Below are positions 51,632-64,000 of a stretch of 64,000 nt of DNA, one piece after another (the first letter of the stretch is position 1; each line of letters begins with the position of its first letter). Under the pieces are notes generated by a model. That model made no database searches and was not told where the DNA came from. It worked only from the letters and a program-made list of their open reading frames with translations. The DNA lies in contig NC_058368.1 in NCBI RefSeq assembly GCF_018350175.1, positions 34,102,001 to 34,166,000 on the forward strand. The letters are read 5' to 3'. The stretch is from Felis catus. Taxonomy: Eukaryota. Both the position numbers and the translations under genes were made by a program.

Positions 51632-52753
51632 AAAAGTCTCTGAATTTTAATAAATTTGTTACAGAGGTATGTTACATTGATTGTCTCTAGGTTAGATAAC
51701 TATTCTGTTTGTGGAGTATTATTGATCATCATGTTATGGAGTCACAGAGACATTACACCTATCTCCACTTGGGTAATTAGGGAAGGGTTCTTGGTGAAGC
51801 TGATGACTGGACATTATTATGAAGGATGAGCAGGAATTATTCAAATCAGTAATGTGTGGGAAAAGGAGGAAAAGAAAATGGCAATCTAAAGAAAGAGGGT
51901 AAATGTACAAAATTTTAGAAGGTTTTTAGAAAAAAAAACTTCTCTTATATTAATATGGTTTAATATGGGGTATTGGTGGGGGATCTTTAAGAGGTAGGTA
52001 TGGAGAGAGAAGGCTTGTTCAGAAAATGAAGGACTTGAAAGAGAAATCAAGGAGGCAACATAATGTCAATATTTTACATAAGCAAATTTCGACATTAAAG
52101 GCGGTGATTGATTACTCAACGTACACGGGTTGAGGTATAAGAGAGTTACTACAATGCAAGGAGGATCCTGAATGATATCTTTGACATCAGGTAATGGAAA
52201 AAAAATATAAGCTTGCTGAATATAAACTAAACAAAATAATTAAGCTCATAAGATAAAATCTACTGTAGTAACAAACTGGGGAGAACAAAGATTGAAGAGA
52301 ATTGACAAAAAAGGTATTCCATTCCCTGTATGATTCCCATCTAAATGAAATTTTATTGAAATCATATAATCATAGATTTTATAGTTATTTGAAAGCTTAT
52401 TTTGCTATACCATTACATATCATTGCATTATTGAATCAACTGTCTAAACAATTAAGGGAAATTATATCCTTGTCTGATATGTTCATATATATAAGGCAAA
52501 AATTAATGCTATTCATGTGCTTAGAATTCTTTAAAAAATAACTACAATCCTCAATTTTCCTTTGCTATTGTTGATTTACCTACTTTATCTTATCTCTTGT
52601 TCTTGCTTTCTCTTTCTAGCCTCTTAGCCTTCTTTTCTGTATACTCCTCTCTATCATAGCTTTTCTCTGTGCCCTTGGTATTGTACAAGATCACCATTTT
52701 GGTGCTCTTCAAATTTCTTGATGTACAAGAATTATTTAAAGTAATTTAAACTA

Positions 52754-52953
52754 GGGGTGCCTGGGTGGCTCAGTGGGTTAAATGCCCAGCTTCAGCTCAG
52801 GTCATGATCTCATGGTACTTGGGTTCGAGCTCCGCTTCTGGCTCTGTGCTGACAGCTCACAGCCTGGAGCCTGTCTCAGATTCTGTCTGCATCTCCCCTG
52901 CTCGTGCTCTGTCCCTCTCTCAAAAATAAATAAACATTTAATTTTTTTAAATA
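52754..52953 (+). mobile_element. CAN-SINE
   Basis: GGGGTGCCTGGGTGGCTCAGTGGGTTAA head; AAAAATAAATAAAC tail. Confidence 0.92.
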
Positions 52954-54605
52954 AATAATTTAAATTATATTTGAGATTCTGGATTTTTTCACATTGTATC
53001 ATGTTGATAATTTATGACTGGGGAGGTAATAACAATATGCTCCTGAATCTTTTTTAGGAGTAACTTTTCATTTTCCTTTTCATACTTAATGGCTTAAATT
53101 AAAATTTTAAGGCAATGAAAAATCAAAAATAATTTTATTAACCTAAATAAATAAAGCACTTTCCTTATAATCAGCACTATAATTTCTAATCTACTTTGTT
53201 AATATATGTTCCAATACATATAATATAATAACTATGTTTCTCTCCTTTTGGTAATACAAGAATATTTTGTTCTTAATGTGTACCATATTCTCATCTCTAT
53301 TGTATCTAAATAAGTATTTTTTCTAAAAGCTGTACCTTATGTCAATGGATGGGTTTAGTACTAGACACTTGGAAAAATTCTAGAAGTTTGTTTTATAATA
53401 GAATAAGACCATTCGTTTTGTGTTTATTTTGGCAGGTGTATGAGGCTGCCTATAATAAATTAGCATACTGAGGAATATTCACATATTTTTAGCAACTGGA
53501 ATGTGCAATTTATGGCATTCATATCAGGATAAAATATAATCAACATGTGTCATTGAGGTAATTTTCCCCCAAAGATCTCTTACTAAGTATCCTAAAGGAA
53601 AAAAAAAAACCCTCACAAAATATTAAAACTGCAATCCAAATTATTGTGTCCAATCTCAGCAGATCTCACAGAGGATGGTTAACGATGTTTATATTGGTAT
53701 ATTAGATACCACAAACAATTTTCCTTTTCGAGGAATGAATCATTTTTCAGGAATGAATCATCCTTCAGTTCCTACATATTTGTTCATCAGGAAATATCTT
53801 TAATGGGCATATGGGTGCAGTCAATTGCTTCTGTAACACTAAAAATTTAGCAACCCAAACAAATCATTTTCATATGTTGCAGGTGCTGTCTATTAGAAGG
53901 AAAGATGTACTTTGATGTTCTTTTAATTAAAGTTTCAATTAAATTTGTTAGCATTCTGCAAAGAAATCATTCAGTTTCCCCTAGTTATCGCCTGTCAATT
54001 CCAGAAAGTACCAATAGCCAGTTAGTTCTGTGCTCCTGGTATTTTTACTTTGGCAAGCACAAAAGGAACTAAGCAGTGCTGGTTTATCTTTTAATTCTAA
54101 CTTGCCTGCAACCCTGAATTGCACCTTACATGGCAGAGTTTAGAGAATTTGTAGATATGGTAGTTCTCTCCATTGGTCGTTTCAGAATCCAGGTAAAGTA
54201 AGTTTCTGTTTGGTATCCATTTATATTTTCCAAGCAATAAATGATCTCTTTATAATAAAAAGTAAATAGTCTTACTTTACTGTATTAAGATGTTCCTGAC
54301 TCTGTTAACTTATAGTGGAAAATTATAATGAATTGATATTCCAAAACCTGGCTTTTCCCCTCACTGGTACAAGGTCTTGGATAAGTAGCTTCTTTCTTTG
54401 GGTCTCAATTTTCTCATTCACAAATTCAATAAAACTGCAATTTTTAGAACATTTGAGAGCCAGGCACTTAGGAGGCATTGATCATAATATAATGATGAAT
54501 AAGATACAGCCTGTGCCCTGTAGCTTTCAGATTGGTGAAATGCTGGCCACTGTCCGACTGAACTCTGAAATTTTGTGGGTTTATAGAAGCATCATTCCTA
54601 AAGAA

Positions 54606-54607
<2 letters not shown>

Positions 54608-54636
<29 letters not shown>
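54608..54636. repeat. (CA)n microsatellite
   Basis: Direct reading. Confidence 0.95.
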
Positions 54637-54641
<5 letters not shown>

Positions 54642-55444
54642 ACCAAAGCAGCAGAGTTTCTTGTATTTTTACTTGAACAAAGTGAGAATTTCCATTGGTA
54701 AAACAGAATTATGTCCATTAATGTAAATTCAGTAAGATCCAGAATCAAAAGAAAATGAGGAAAATTCTGAAATAAGTTAATTTCCTGTCTTTTCCCTCAG
54801 GAGTATTGAAGTAATTTTGCATATTTGAAGTATTCTGAACATTAATGGTAATTACGTTTGAAGAAAATAATCGTCTGAGGCACTGAATGTTTTTGTCTCT
54901 CTCATCTTGTTTCTCAGATGGTACATTCTAGAATAGTGCCCATCTTTAAAATTGTAATTATTGTTTTTGATCTATTTACTGTGAAGTCTGGGAACCAAAA
55001 GGCCTAGCTGAATTGATTATTTTCCCATGAACGAATTAAAAAAAAATTCTTTCAAAAATGCATTCTCTGGCGTTATTTAAAAAAATACAGAAGAAATTCT
55101 AAGACATTTTGGGCTGCATGTGCCCATTATGCCAAACACCTTACAGACAGTCTATTAGAATGATCATTTAACACCTGTATCACTGCCTCCTCATAGCACA
55201 ACCTGTAATCAAAGTGTGAAGCAATCACCATAGCAGTTATAATTTAGATTATAGCTTAATAACACTGGTTGTGAAGGACTAGATTTGAGTATTTGGAATT
55301 TCCCTAACCATTGATTGCAATAAGTGGGCACAATTGAGCCAGAAGCCAAAACCTCTCCCTTCTCTTTTCAGATGGAAGTGATGGCTGAGCTTGACTGAGC
55401 TGGCTTTTATGTGTCAGCTGTTTTGCACACTGGTGGGATCTGCT

Positions 55445-55555
55445 GTATATAATTTATATACATATATATATGTATATATGTGTGTACATATACATATACA
55501 TATGTATATATGTATGTGTGTATATATATGCATATATATATACACATATATATAT

Positions 55556-55607
<52 letters not shown>
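55445..55607. repeat. Compound (TA/TG/CA)n microsatellite ending in a pure (TA)n run
   Basis: Direct reading; explains the Y/I-rich ORFs. Confidence 0.95.
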
Positions 55608-55610
<3 letters not shown>

Positions 55611-55872
55611 CCCACAGAACTTCTGTTTTAGAAAAATTTTGACAGCCTCTCTCTTATTAGCTCTTGCTATCAAGGGTCAGTTATATACTTTCAATATCAT
55701 TCACATTTTTTATAACAGTTTTAACATAGCAACTAGTATTTTGCAGCCTCTATTCAGCAGATCCCAGATGAATTTAAGTGTTAAACACAGTATAGCTATT
55801 AGGATTGCATTTCTTGAGAACAATTACTGAGGATTTAAAATACAATACTCTTCTTTAAAAAAAAAGTTTTTA

Positions 55873-56100
55873 GGGGCACCTAGGTAACTCAGTAAGTAAA
55901 GCCTCTAACTTTGGGTTAGGTCATGATATCATGGTTTGTGGGTTCAAGCCCCGTGTGGGGCTCTGTGCTGACAGCTTGGAGCCTGGAACCTGCAGCCTGC
56001 TTTGGATTCTGTGCCTCCCTCTTTCTCTGCCTCTCCCCCACTTGCATTCTGTCTCTCTCTCTCTCAAACAAAAATAAATAAACTTAAAACAATTTTTTTT
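55873..56100 (+). mobile_element. CAN-SINE (first of a head-to-tail pair)
   Basis: GGGGCACCTAGGTAACTCAG head; CT tract; tail. Confidence 0.9.
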
Positions 56101-56104
56101 AATT

Positions 56105-56320
56105 GGGGCATGTGGGTGGATCAGTCGGTTACGCATTTGACTTCCGCCCAGGTCATGATCTCATGGTTCCCGAGTTTAAGCCCCGCTTTGGGCTCTGTGC
56201 TGACAGCTCAGAGCCTGGAGCCTGCTTCAGATTCTGTGTCTCCCTCTCTCTCAGCCCCTCCCAGCTCATGCTGGCTCTCTATCTCTGAAAAAAATAAAAT
56301 TAAATAAATTAAAAAAAAAT
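56105..56320 (+). mobile_element. CAN-SINE (second of the pair)
   Basis: GGGGCATGTGGGTGGATCAGTCGGTTA head immediately after the first SINE's tail. Confidence 0.9.
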
Positions 56321-57438
56321 GTTTGTAATTCAGTAGTTGACACACAATGTTACTTTAGTTTCAGATGTACAACATAGTGATTCAAATTCTCTATATGTTA
56401 TCTCTGCTCACCACAATTATAGCTACCATCTGTCACCTTACAACCCTATTACATATATGACTATATATGTAATATATATATATGACTATATATATATATA
56501 TATATATATATGACTATATATTCCCTATGCTGTAAGTCTATTCCTGTGACTTATTCATTCCATAACTGGAAGCCTGTATCTCCACCACCCCTTCACCCAT
56601 TTTGCCCATCTTCCTACACCACTCCTTTCTGGCAACCATCAGTTTGTTTTCTGTATTCTGCTTTTTATTTGTTGATTCATTTGTTTTGTGTTTTAGATTC
56701 TACATATGAGTAAAATCATATGCTATTTGTCTTTCTCACTTAGCATAATACTTTCTATGTCCATCCATATTTTCACGGATGGTATGATATCATCCTTTTT
56801 TATGGCTGTGTAATATTCCATTGTGCACATATACCACATCTTCCTTATCCATTCATATCTTGGCTATCTTAAATAATGGTTCAATAAAAATAGGAGTACA
56901 TATATCATCTCAAATTGTTTTTGTTTGTTTGTTGTGTGTTTTTGTTTTGTTTTGTTTGGTGGTGGGGGTGGTAAATATGCAGTAGTGGAATATTGGATCA
57001 TATGATATTTCTATTTTTAATGTTTTGAGGAATCTCCATACTATTTTCCACAGTGATGACATTAATTTACATTCCCACCAACAGTGCACGAGGGTTCCTT
57101 TTTCTCCACATCCTCACTAACACTTGTTATTTCTATCTTTTTGATTTGGGTCATTCTGACAGGTGTACAATATCTCCTCATGGTTTTGATTTTGATTTAC
57201 TTGATGATTAGTGGTGTTGAGACTCTTTTCATGTGTCTGTTGGTAATCTGTATGTCTTATTTAGAAAAAAAATGTCTATTTAGGTACTGTGCTCATTTTT
57301 TAATCAGATGGTTTGTTTTCTTGCTGTTTATTTGTGTAAGTTCTTCATATATTTTGGATATTAACCCCTTATCAGTATATCATTTGCAAATATCTTCTCC
57401 CATTCAGTAGGTTGCATTTTTGTTTTGTTGATAGTTTC
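56321..57438 (-). mobile_element. Carnivore L1 (3'UTR and end of ORF2)
   Basis: Antisense L1: GTTGACACACAATGTTAC...CATTCCCACCAACAGTGCACGAGGGTTCC...TTTGCAAATATCTTCTCCCATTCAGTAGG. Confidence 0.92.
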
Positions 57439-57875
57439 AAATAAATTAGTCCTCGTGACTGCACAGATGTTTAGTTATAATTTAGAACAGGGAGATTACT
57501 GAAAAACCAAGACCCTCAAATTTTTCCAACTTTTTACTAATCTTGAACTACCCGAGAGCCTAGGGAAAATAAAATAAGGGATAAAAATTTACAAAGAAAA
57601 TAAAATATATAAGAACACTCTTAATGCCATGTTTTGGGATGTCAACATACACTCAACATGTATTTAGATAACTGAGTCAAGAAAAAACTGTTGAATTCAC
57701 CAATATTTTTCAGAAAAAAATGTATACTTTTCTCTTCATTTGAAAAATTCCCTTTCTGAATTTGTTTCATTTATCGATAATGCTTGTTGTCCTCTTCTGT
57801 GTGTCATCTCAAAATGAAATTGACTGGAGCATACATAATCACTACTTAATGATAACTACCTATTGTGAGGATTAA

Positions 57876-58088
57876 TTTTTTTTAATGTTTATTTATTTTT
57901 GAGGTAGAGAAGGACAGAGTGTGAGCAGGGGAGGGGCAGAGAGAGAGGGAGACACAGAATCCGAAGCAGGCTCCAGGCTTCGAGCTGTCAGCACAGAGCC
58001 CGAGAGGAGGGGCTCGAAAACACAAGCTGTGAAATCATGACCTGAGCTGAAGTCGGATGTTCAACTGACTGAGCCACCCAGGTACCCC
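57876..58088 (-). mobile_element. Felid CAN-SINE
   Basis: 17-bp TSD CCTATTGTGAGGATTAA at 57859-57875 and 58089-58105. Confidence 0.95.
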
Positions 58089-58105
58089 CCTATTGTGAGG
58101 ATTAA

Positions 58106-58340
58106 AAGCAGGGATTCTGGAATCAGATAACCTTACTTAGAAGGATTTCTTGTTAAAATTCTTACATTGTCACTTACATGGTCTTGCATGACATTTTGCT
58201 TCTTTGGTCCTCAGTTTTCTTATCTGTAAAATAGGAATGATAGCATCCTCAGAGTTTTGTAAGGGCTAAAGAGAGAATGTATGGGCAATGTTTAGTGTAG
58301 TGAATATAGCAGAGTGAGTGCCAAATAAATGGTAGCTGTA
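58106..58340 (+). mobile_element. MIR
   Basis: CCTCAGTTTTCTTATCTGTAAAATAGGAATGATA core. Confidence 0.7.
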
Positions 58341-59788
58341 CCTATGCTATGCTTTTATTTGTATGCGTGTGCATCAAATTGGAAAACTTTGTTTTGCTTA
58401 CACTTCGACCTTTTCAATGTATTATTTATTCACCTCGGCAAACTTTTTAGCCTAGTCATTCTGACATACGCAAACTCTTGCTGCTGCCCTACTGAAATTT
58501 TACTTAGGAACAGCCATTCTGAACAAAAATACTATTGAAAATCTTTCAAAATTCATGCGTTTTGGTTAGTCTGTGCTAGAAAATTAAAAGTACTAGAATG
58601 CTCTGTATTCTAGAACACAAGTAAAAAATGGCAATATTTTGTTTGATTTGATTTGATTCTTTACTATACTCATAGAGGTAGAAAGTATTTCTTAAAAAGT
58701 TCAGTGTTCTTACTTTGACTTCAAACACTTAGAGAAATAGGGCTCAGTGTTTTTTTTCATATTCACCATAAAATGCCCACTCCAGTGAGTAAGCCTATGG
58801 GGCTTATTGAAAATATCTTAGGGAGACAGATCATTGCCCACAACAAAGAGAACTATTTAATTAATCCCCAGTAGATCTTCCTATTCTGCCTAAAGTCTCT
58901 ATTGCCACCATCCGGGGATCTTACTCTGTCTGACCAGTCTTCTTTAGAATGCAAAATCACTTCCTAAGAAATATAGCACAGGCCCAGCCTCAGGCCAACT
59001 TTTATCCCCAGAGGGCTTCTCACAACTTTTTTTGCAATAAAGGCGGTCTCCCACTTCAAGAAAATTCAAGTACAAACTGCTAAGAAGAGACACTTTTCTC
59101 CCCATCTTCCACTTCCTAAGTCCTAGTAATCTTAATAGGTGATCCACCTACAAACAAGGGACAGGGGATGTTTTTGTAGTTTTCAGTTTTGCAAGAACGA
59201 TAGACCTGTGGAAAGATAATCACAATGTAACTTACTTCTGCAAAACATAAATGCACAACTTCGTGTGCTACCACAGCACAAGAAGGTGGATCACTAACTT
59301 TACATGATAAAGCAGGGGACTGCATTAGAATAGCTGCTTCATAAAGAATGAGTGGGGTACATTTGAATTAAAGAAGGGAACAGTCCAATCAAAATCAAGT
59401 AAACATGGCTAGAATCCGCAATGCCAATGAGGGTCATGGAATAAAATTAAATCAGGATAAGAAGTTGAGTCATTATCAAAGTGATGTCATGCAGCATAAA
59501 GGTCAAACTAGAGAGAGAGATCAGAGGAAGGAGTGGTAGTTAAAAAGGTCCTAAAATCAACACAAATGATAATCTAAGGAAAGGAACACACAGTTATGTC
59601 TCAGGTCCCACAATATAGGTTATTATGATATTTAACTCTTGTACAGTAAATTCCAATTTTTCCCCTGAAATAGCAGGTTAATAGAAATGTGAATTCTCCA
59701 AACTCATACGAGCAACTTTAAGCAAATAGCAGTTTTAATGGCATTTCTGCTGATCTCTCGTTATCCATCCTTTTAAAGCAAAAGTAGA

Positions 59789-59995
59789 GGGTGCCTTGGT
59801 GGCTCAGCTGGTTAATCGTCTGACTTTGGCTCAGGTTATGATCTCACGGTATGTGGGTTTGAGCCTACATTGGGCTATCTGCTGCCCTCTCTCTGCAGTC
59901 AGCATCCGGCCTGCTTCCCATCCTCTGTCTCTTTCTCTCTCTCTGCCCCTCCCCTGCTGGCTATTGCTCTCTCTCTCTCAAAAATAAATATTTAA
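59789..59995 (+). mobile_element. CAN-SINE whose tail was targeted by an L1
   Basis: GGGTGCCTTGGTGGCTCAGCTGGTTAA head; CT tract; tail interrupted by L1. Confidence 0.88.
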
Positions 59996-60011
59996 AAAAT
60001 AAAATTCCTTA

Positions 60012-60463
60012 GAAACTTAACAGGAACCCCCGGGGGAGGGGAAGGAAAAAAAAAAGAGGTTAGAGTGGGAGAGAGCCAAAGCATAAGAGACTCTTAAAAA
60101 CTGAGAGCAAATTGGGGCGCCTGGGTGGCGCAGTCGGTTAAGCGTCCGACTTCAGCCAGGTCACGATCTCACGCTCCGTGAGTTCGAGCCCTGCGTCAGG
60201 CTCTGGGCTGATGGCTCGGAGCCTGTTTCCGATTCTGTGTCTCCCTCTCTCTCTGCCCCTCCCCCGTTCATGCTCTGTCTCTCTCTGTCCCAAGAATAAA
60301 TAAACGTTGAAAAAAAATTTTTTTAACAAACTGAGGGCTGATGGGGGGTTGGAGGGGGGGGAGGCTGGTGATGGGCATTGAGGAGGGCACCTGTTGGGAT
60401 GAGCACTGGGTGTTGTATGGAAACCAATTTGACAATAAATTCCATATATTAAAAAAATAATAT
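60012..60463 (+). mobile_element. Felid L1 3' end, interrupted by a young SINE
   Basis: Same family as 38941-39248, opposite orientation; TSD AAAATAAAATTCCTTA at 59996-60011 and 60464-60479. Confidence 0.92.
60114..60325 (+). mobile_element. Young felid SINE (SINEC_Fc)
   Basis: GGGGCGCCTGGGTGGCGCAGTCGGTTAAGCGTCCGACTTCAGCCAGGTCACGATCTC...AATAAACGTTGAAAAAAA. Confidence 0.95.
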
Positions 60464-60612
60464 AAAATAAAATTCCTTACTCAAAATAATAATAAAGTAA
60501 AAATACAATAAAAGTACAGAGTTAATAAGAAGTTAGTAAAATCATCTGGGAAATAGATTGCAGTCGTCTTACCTGAGAATTTGACAAAAGGCATTTTAAA
60601 AAAGATGAGAGA

Positions 60613-60955
60613 GGTGTACCTGGTAAGCTCAGTCAGTTAAGTATCCAACTCTTGATTTCAGCTCAGGTCATGATCTCATGGTTTCGTGAGTTTGAGCCTT
60701 ATGTTGATCTCTGTGCTGACTTTACAGAGTCTGCTTGGGATTCTCTCTCTCTCTGCTCTTCCCTGGCTCATGCTCTCTCCTCTTGATTTTGGCTCAGGTC
60801 ATGATCTCACAATCGTGAGATTGAGCCCCACATTGGGTGCCATGCCACACTGGGTGTGGAGCCTGCTTAAGAGTCTCTGTCTCCATCTGCCCCTCCCCCA
60901 TTCATGCTCTCAGTCTCTCTCTCTCTCCAAAAAACATAAAAATAAAAACAAATAA
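60613..60955 (+). mobile_element. Fused CAN-SINE dimer
   Basis: First unit (60613-~60779) lacks an A-tail and runs into a 5'-truncated second unit starting CTCTTGATTTTGGCTCAGGTCATG. Confidence 0.85.
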
Positions 60956-62833
60956 GGAGCCGACAATCCAGCATTGGATGGCCCAAACTAATTTCTTTAA
61001 ATAATTTGTTTGAACATAGGGCAATTTTCATTACCTAACTCCTAGAGCTCTTATTTACTTTTCCTTGAAGGATGTCCTAAAGACAACAGAGATGACTAAT
61101 TAATGTGGAAGAATAAGTAATTTATGGGTGAATCCTATTTGATTCCATAAATATAGTGGATCTTAAATATTTAACTTAAAACAAAGAACTCTGTTGGAAA
61201 TATCTTCCTAGAAATATCCCTTACCCAATGAGTTGACCACGCTCATAGAGGGTTTATAGGTGACACAGAATTTCCACAGAAGCTTCAGATTTCTTTTTGT
61301 CCAAGAGCAGAGGCAAGAAAAAATTACTTCATTTATTCAGAAATCTTTCACTTCCATTCCTCCTACTGTGATTACAATGAACCAGTATCATAGCTCAGCT
61401 GGGTGTCAAAGCAAGGAAAACAGGACTTACGCACAGATTTAAATCTACAATAGAACTGCCACTAGGGTTTGAAATAAGTATGGACATCTAAATTTTGAAA
61501 GATCAAAAAAATAAAAATCCTAGAATCAAAAAGCAGTCGGAGAGAATCACTGCCATCCCCAACTAACAGTGAAATTAAAATTTTCTGATTTCAGCTTCCA
61601 AATGCTGATGATCAAAGGTGATTTTCTCCTAGATAAATGTCATTTTTGCCCTTATAAAAGTTATATATCCCTGGCAGAAAGGTTTTTTATCAGTTTTCTC
61701 TTAGTTAAAGGCGAGTTTAAAGCTGTTCTTTTTTCTGAACAAGGAAAAATTACATAAATTACTCTAACAGAGTATTTTATCATTTCTCTTGGCCTACTTG
61801 AAATAGTAAGGCGCTAAGTTACACTTTTCCAAAGTAATCGAGTTAATATCCAAGAGTAATCAAGCTCATAACGATTTTTAAAATTCCTACACTTACGGAG
61901 TTGGGAAGAATGAGGTAGGTCTATGCTGTTCTGATTATCAGATCATCGTTCAAGGAAACCAATACTGACTGCATCCCAGAGTGAGAGCTCTGGAGTGCCA
62001 TACAGGTAGATCTGATTCCATGTCTGTGTCTCTTGGAGCACCACACTTCAAAGTCTTGAGCACTGTTTATTTAACTTTTATAAGAAGAAAAACTTGCTTT
62101 AAAACTTAAATGGTAAAAATAATTTTTTTTTCTTAGATCATTGTGAATTCCTTGGATCCACAGTTAATGTTTCCCTCTATCATTCTTTCCTCTCATCCCT
62201 GTTACATGCCACCCCCACCCCCAACACACACAGAGGCTCAATCGATCAGCACTCATTGAGGTGGATCCCATATTCGAAGTATCTATTGCTTCAGAGAAAG
62301 GAGTTTCCAGTGAATCTATATTATATGTACTTTTATTAAGTATTGAAAGTATGTGGAAGTCTCTGGGAAAACTTCTGCTGTTTTCAGAAGAGAACTCTGA
62401 AAAACTTAATCACTTCTTACACACAAAAGACTATTGGTGAATGAAAGACATGAAAATTAATGCATTTGGAAGATGAAGTATTTTCTTTTCCATTAAAAAA
62501 TTGCACACTTGTTTGTAAATACTGGACACTCCTTCAGCTGTCCTTGGATTTCGGCTAACTCTATCTAATGTAAGAACAGAATATGAGATTTCTTCAAGTG
62601 GTTTGAATAGCTTGGTTCAGGTTCCTCCTGGTGAGGAACCAGGCCTTAATTAGTATTTAATGACTTTCGTTCTTCAGCATATATTTCTTCTTTTTTTCCT
62701 GGCTCCTTCCTAATAAGATATAAAGTATGAAAGTATAAAAATAGGAAAAAAATCATGAAATATTCCTGTAGATTACCTATCAAAATGGTGTTTGATATTG
62801 ATAGACTCCAAATAAACCTTTAAGAGTTATCAT

Positions 62834-63034
62834 GTTTTTAAATGTTTATTTATTTTTGAGACAGGAGAGACAGAGCATGAATGGGGGAGGGTCAGAGAGA
62901 GAGGGAGGCACAGAATCCAAAGCAGGTTCAAGGCTCTGAGCTGTCAGCACAGAGCCTGATGCAGGGCTCGAACTCACGGACAGTGCGATCATGATTTGAG
63001 CCAAAGTCGGAAGCTCAACCGACTGAGGTGCCCC
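62834..63034 (-). mobile_element. Felid CAN-SINE
   Basis: TSD AAGAGTTATCAT at 62822-62833 and 63035-63046. Confidence 0.93.
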
Positions 63035-64000
63035 AAGAGTTATCATTTTTTTTAAGGAAAGATCAAATTAGTCTTAAAGATAACATGAAAAAATATTGAT
63101 TTCTGTATTAAAGAATGAATACTAGACTGAACATTAGAAATATTTGACCATTTATTAATAAGAGCAAATAGTAAATTATGTTTTTAAAAGTACTGGGTTC
63201 ATGAATCAATAATGTTGAGTGCCAGTCTAGTAGCTTGGATCTATCTCTGAAAATAAAAGTGGAAAGAAACTAAATACATGAAATAATTAGGGAATTCATA
63301 TGCTCAAAATCTTGTATGTCAGACTACCCCTGTCATTACAGATTTTCATGCAATACCGCATGATTATTCAGAAAATAAAGCAACTGGAGTGGATTTGTTT
63401 CAAAGCTAATTTGTTATAGGTCTCTTTAGTTGTAATGGTAAGAGACATTAAAGTCTTACTGAATTAAAATAAAGCGGCCTTTTGTTAAACACTGAAAAAT
63501 CATTAAGTAGGGTCTGAGAAGTGAAACAAAGTTGGTGTACTAGTTTAGTTCTGAATACACAGAAGACAAATGAAAGACCATGTATTTTAAATATGAAACT
63601 TTATCATATACCCTGCTTTGAATTGAAGTCATATAAATTCAACCTTAAACACGTGGTCGTAATGGATGACACTCGTACTAGTTATTCCCAAGCTAGGACT
63701 TTAGCTACATTATTTGCATTTAGCCTTGCTAACAACTCTGCTTATATTCTTGTCAGAGTTATTATACTGCCTTCTGCAAAGAAAGGCGATATCTGTATTC
63801 TCAACCTTCTAGAACATAATAAAGAGGCAAACATTTCTGCACAAAGCCTCTTTGAGCTATTTAATTTACTTTTTTGACAAAAGGAGAATGACACTGAGAA
63901 CTCCACAAAGAACAAAAGCAATTTTTCAGGCCATGAAATGCAAATGATAATTTAATCATTCCTAGAAATACCATTTTCTTGTATTGTATTTCTAGAAATA

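Noticed and set aside
53860..55400. Several plus-strand polypyrimidine-AG acceptors (~53882, ~54800, ~54918, ~55371)
   Set aside because: No matching donor with an open, recognisable frame; expected by chance.

Overview
AT-rich, repeat-dense mammalian DNA from a cat-family carnivore, judged from the many felid-type tRNA-derived CAN-SINEs and felid-type L1 3' ends. I recognise no intact protein-coding gene. Almost every ORF in the track is a spurious read-through of SINEs, L1 or microsatellites, so the window looks intronic or intergenic. Two retrocopies of cellular RNAs are clear. (1) A U1 snRNA copy (24070-24232, minus) that matches canonical U1 as I recall it at all 163 retained positions, with a poly(A) tail and target-site duplication (TSD). 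(2) A full-length but decayed EEF1A1 processed pseudogene (~32049-33886, minus) with an internal ~130-nt deletion, a SINE in its 3'UTR and an L2 element as host. The rest is CAN-SINEs, L1 fragments (one twin-primed), MaLR/ERVL LTRs, hAT MITEs, L2/MIR relics and microsatellites. The most interesting observation is that the U1 retrocopy, read on the plus strand, forms a complete 153-nt cassette-exon architecture: branch point, poly-T tract, AG acceptor, perfect CAG|GTAAGTAT donor and one open frame. There is also a perfect 116-bp tandem duplication with a palindromic junction. I cannot demonstrate a new biological system from sequence alone. Repeat subfamily names are from recall, not database searches.
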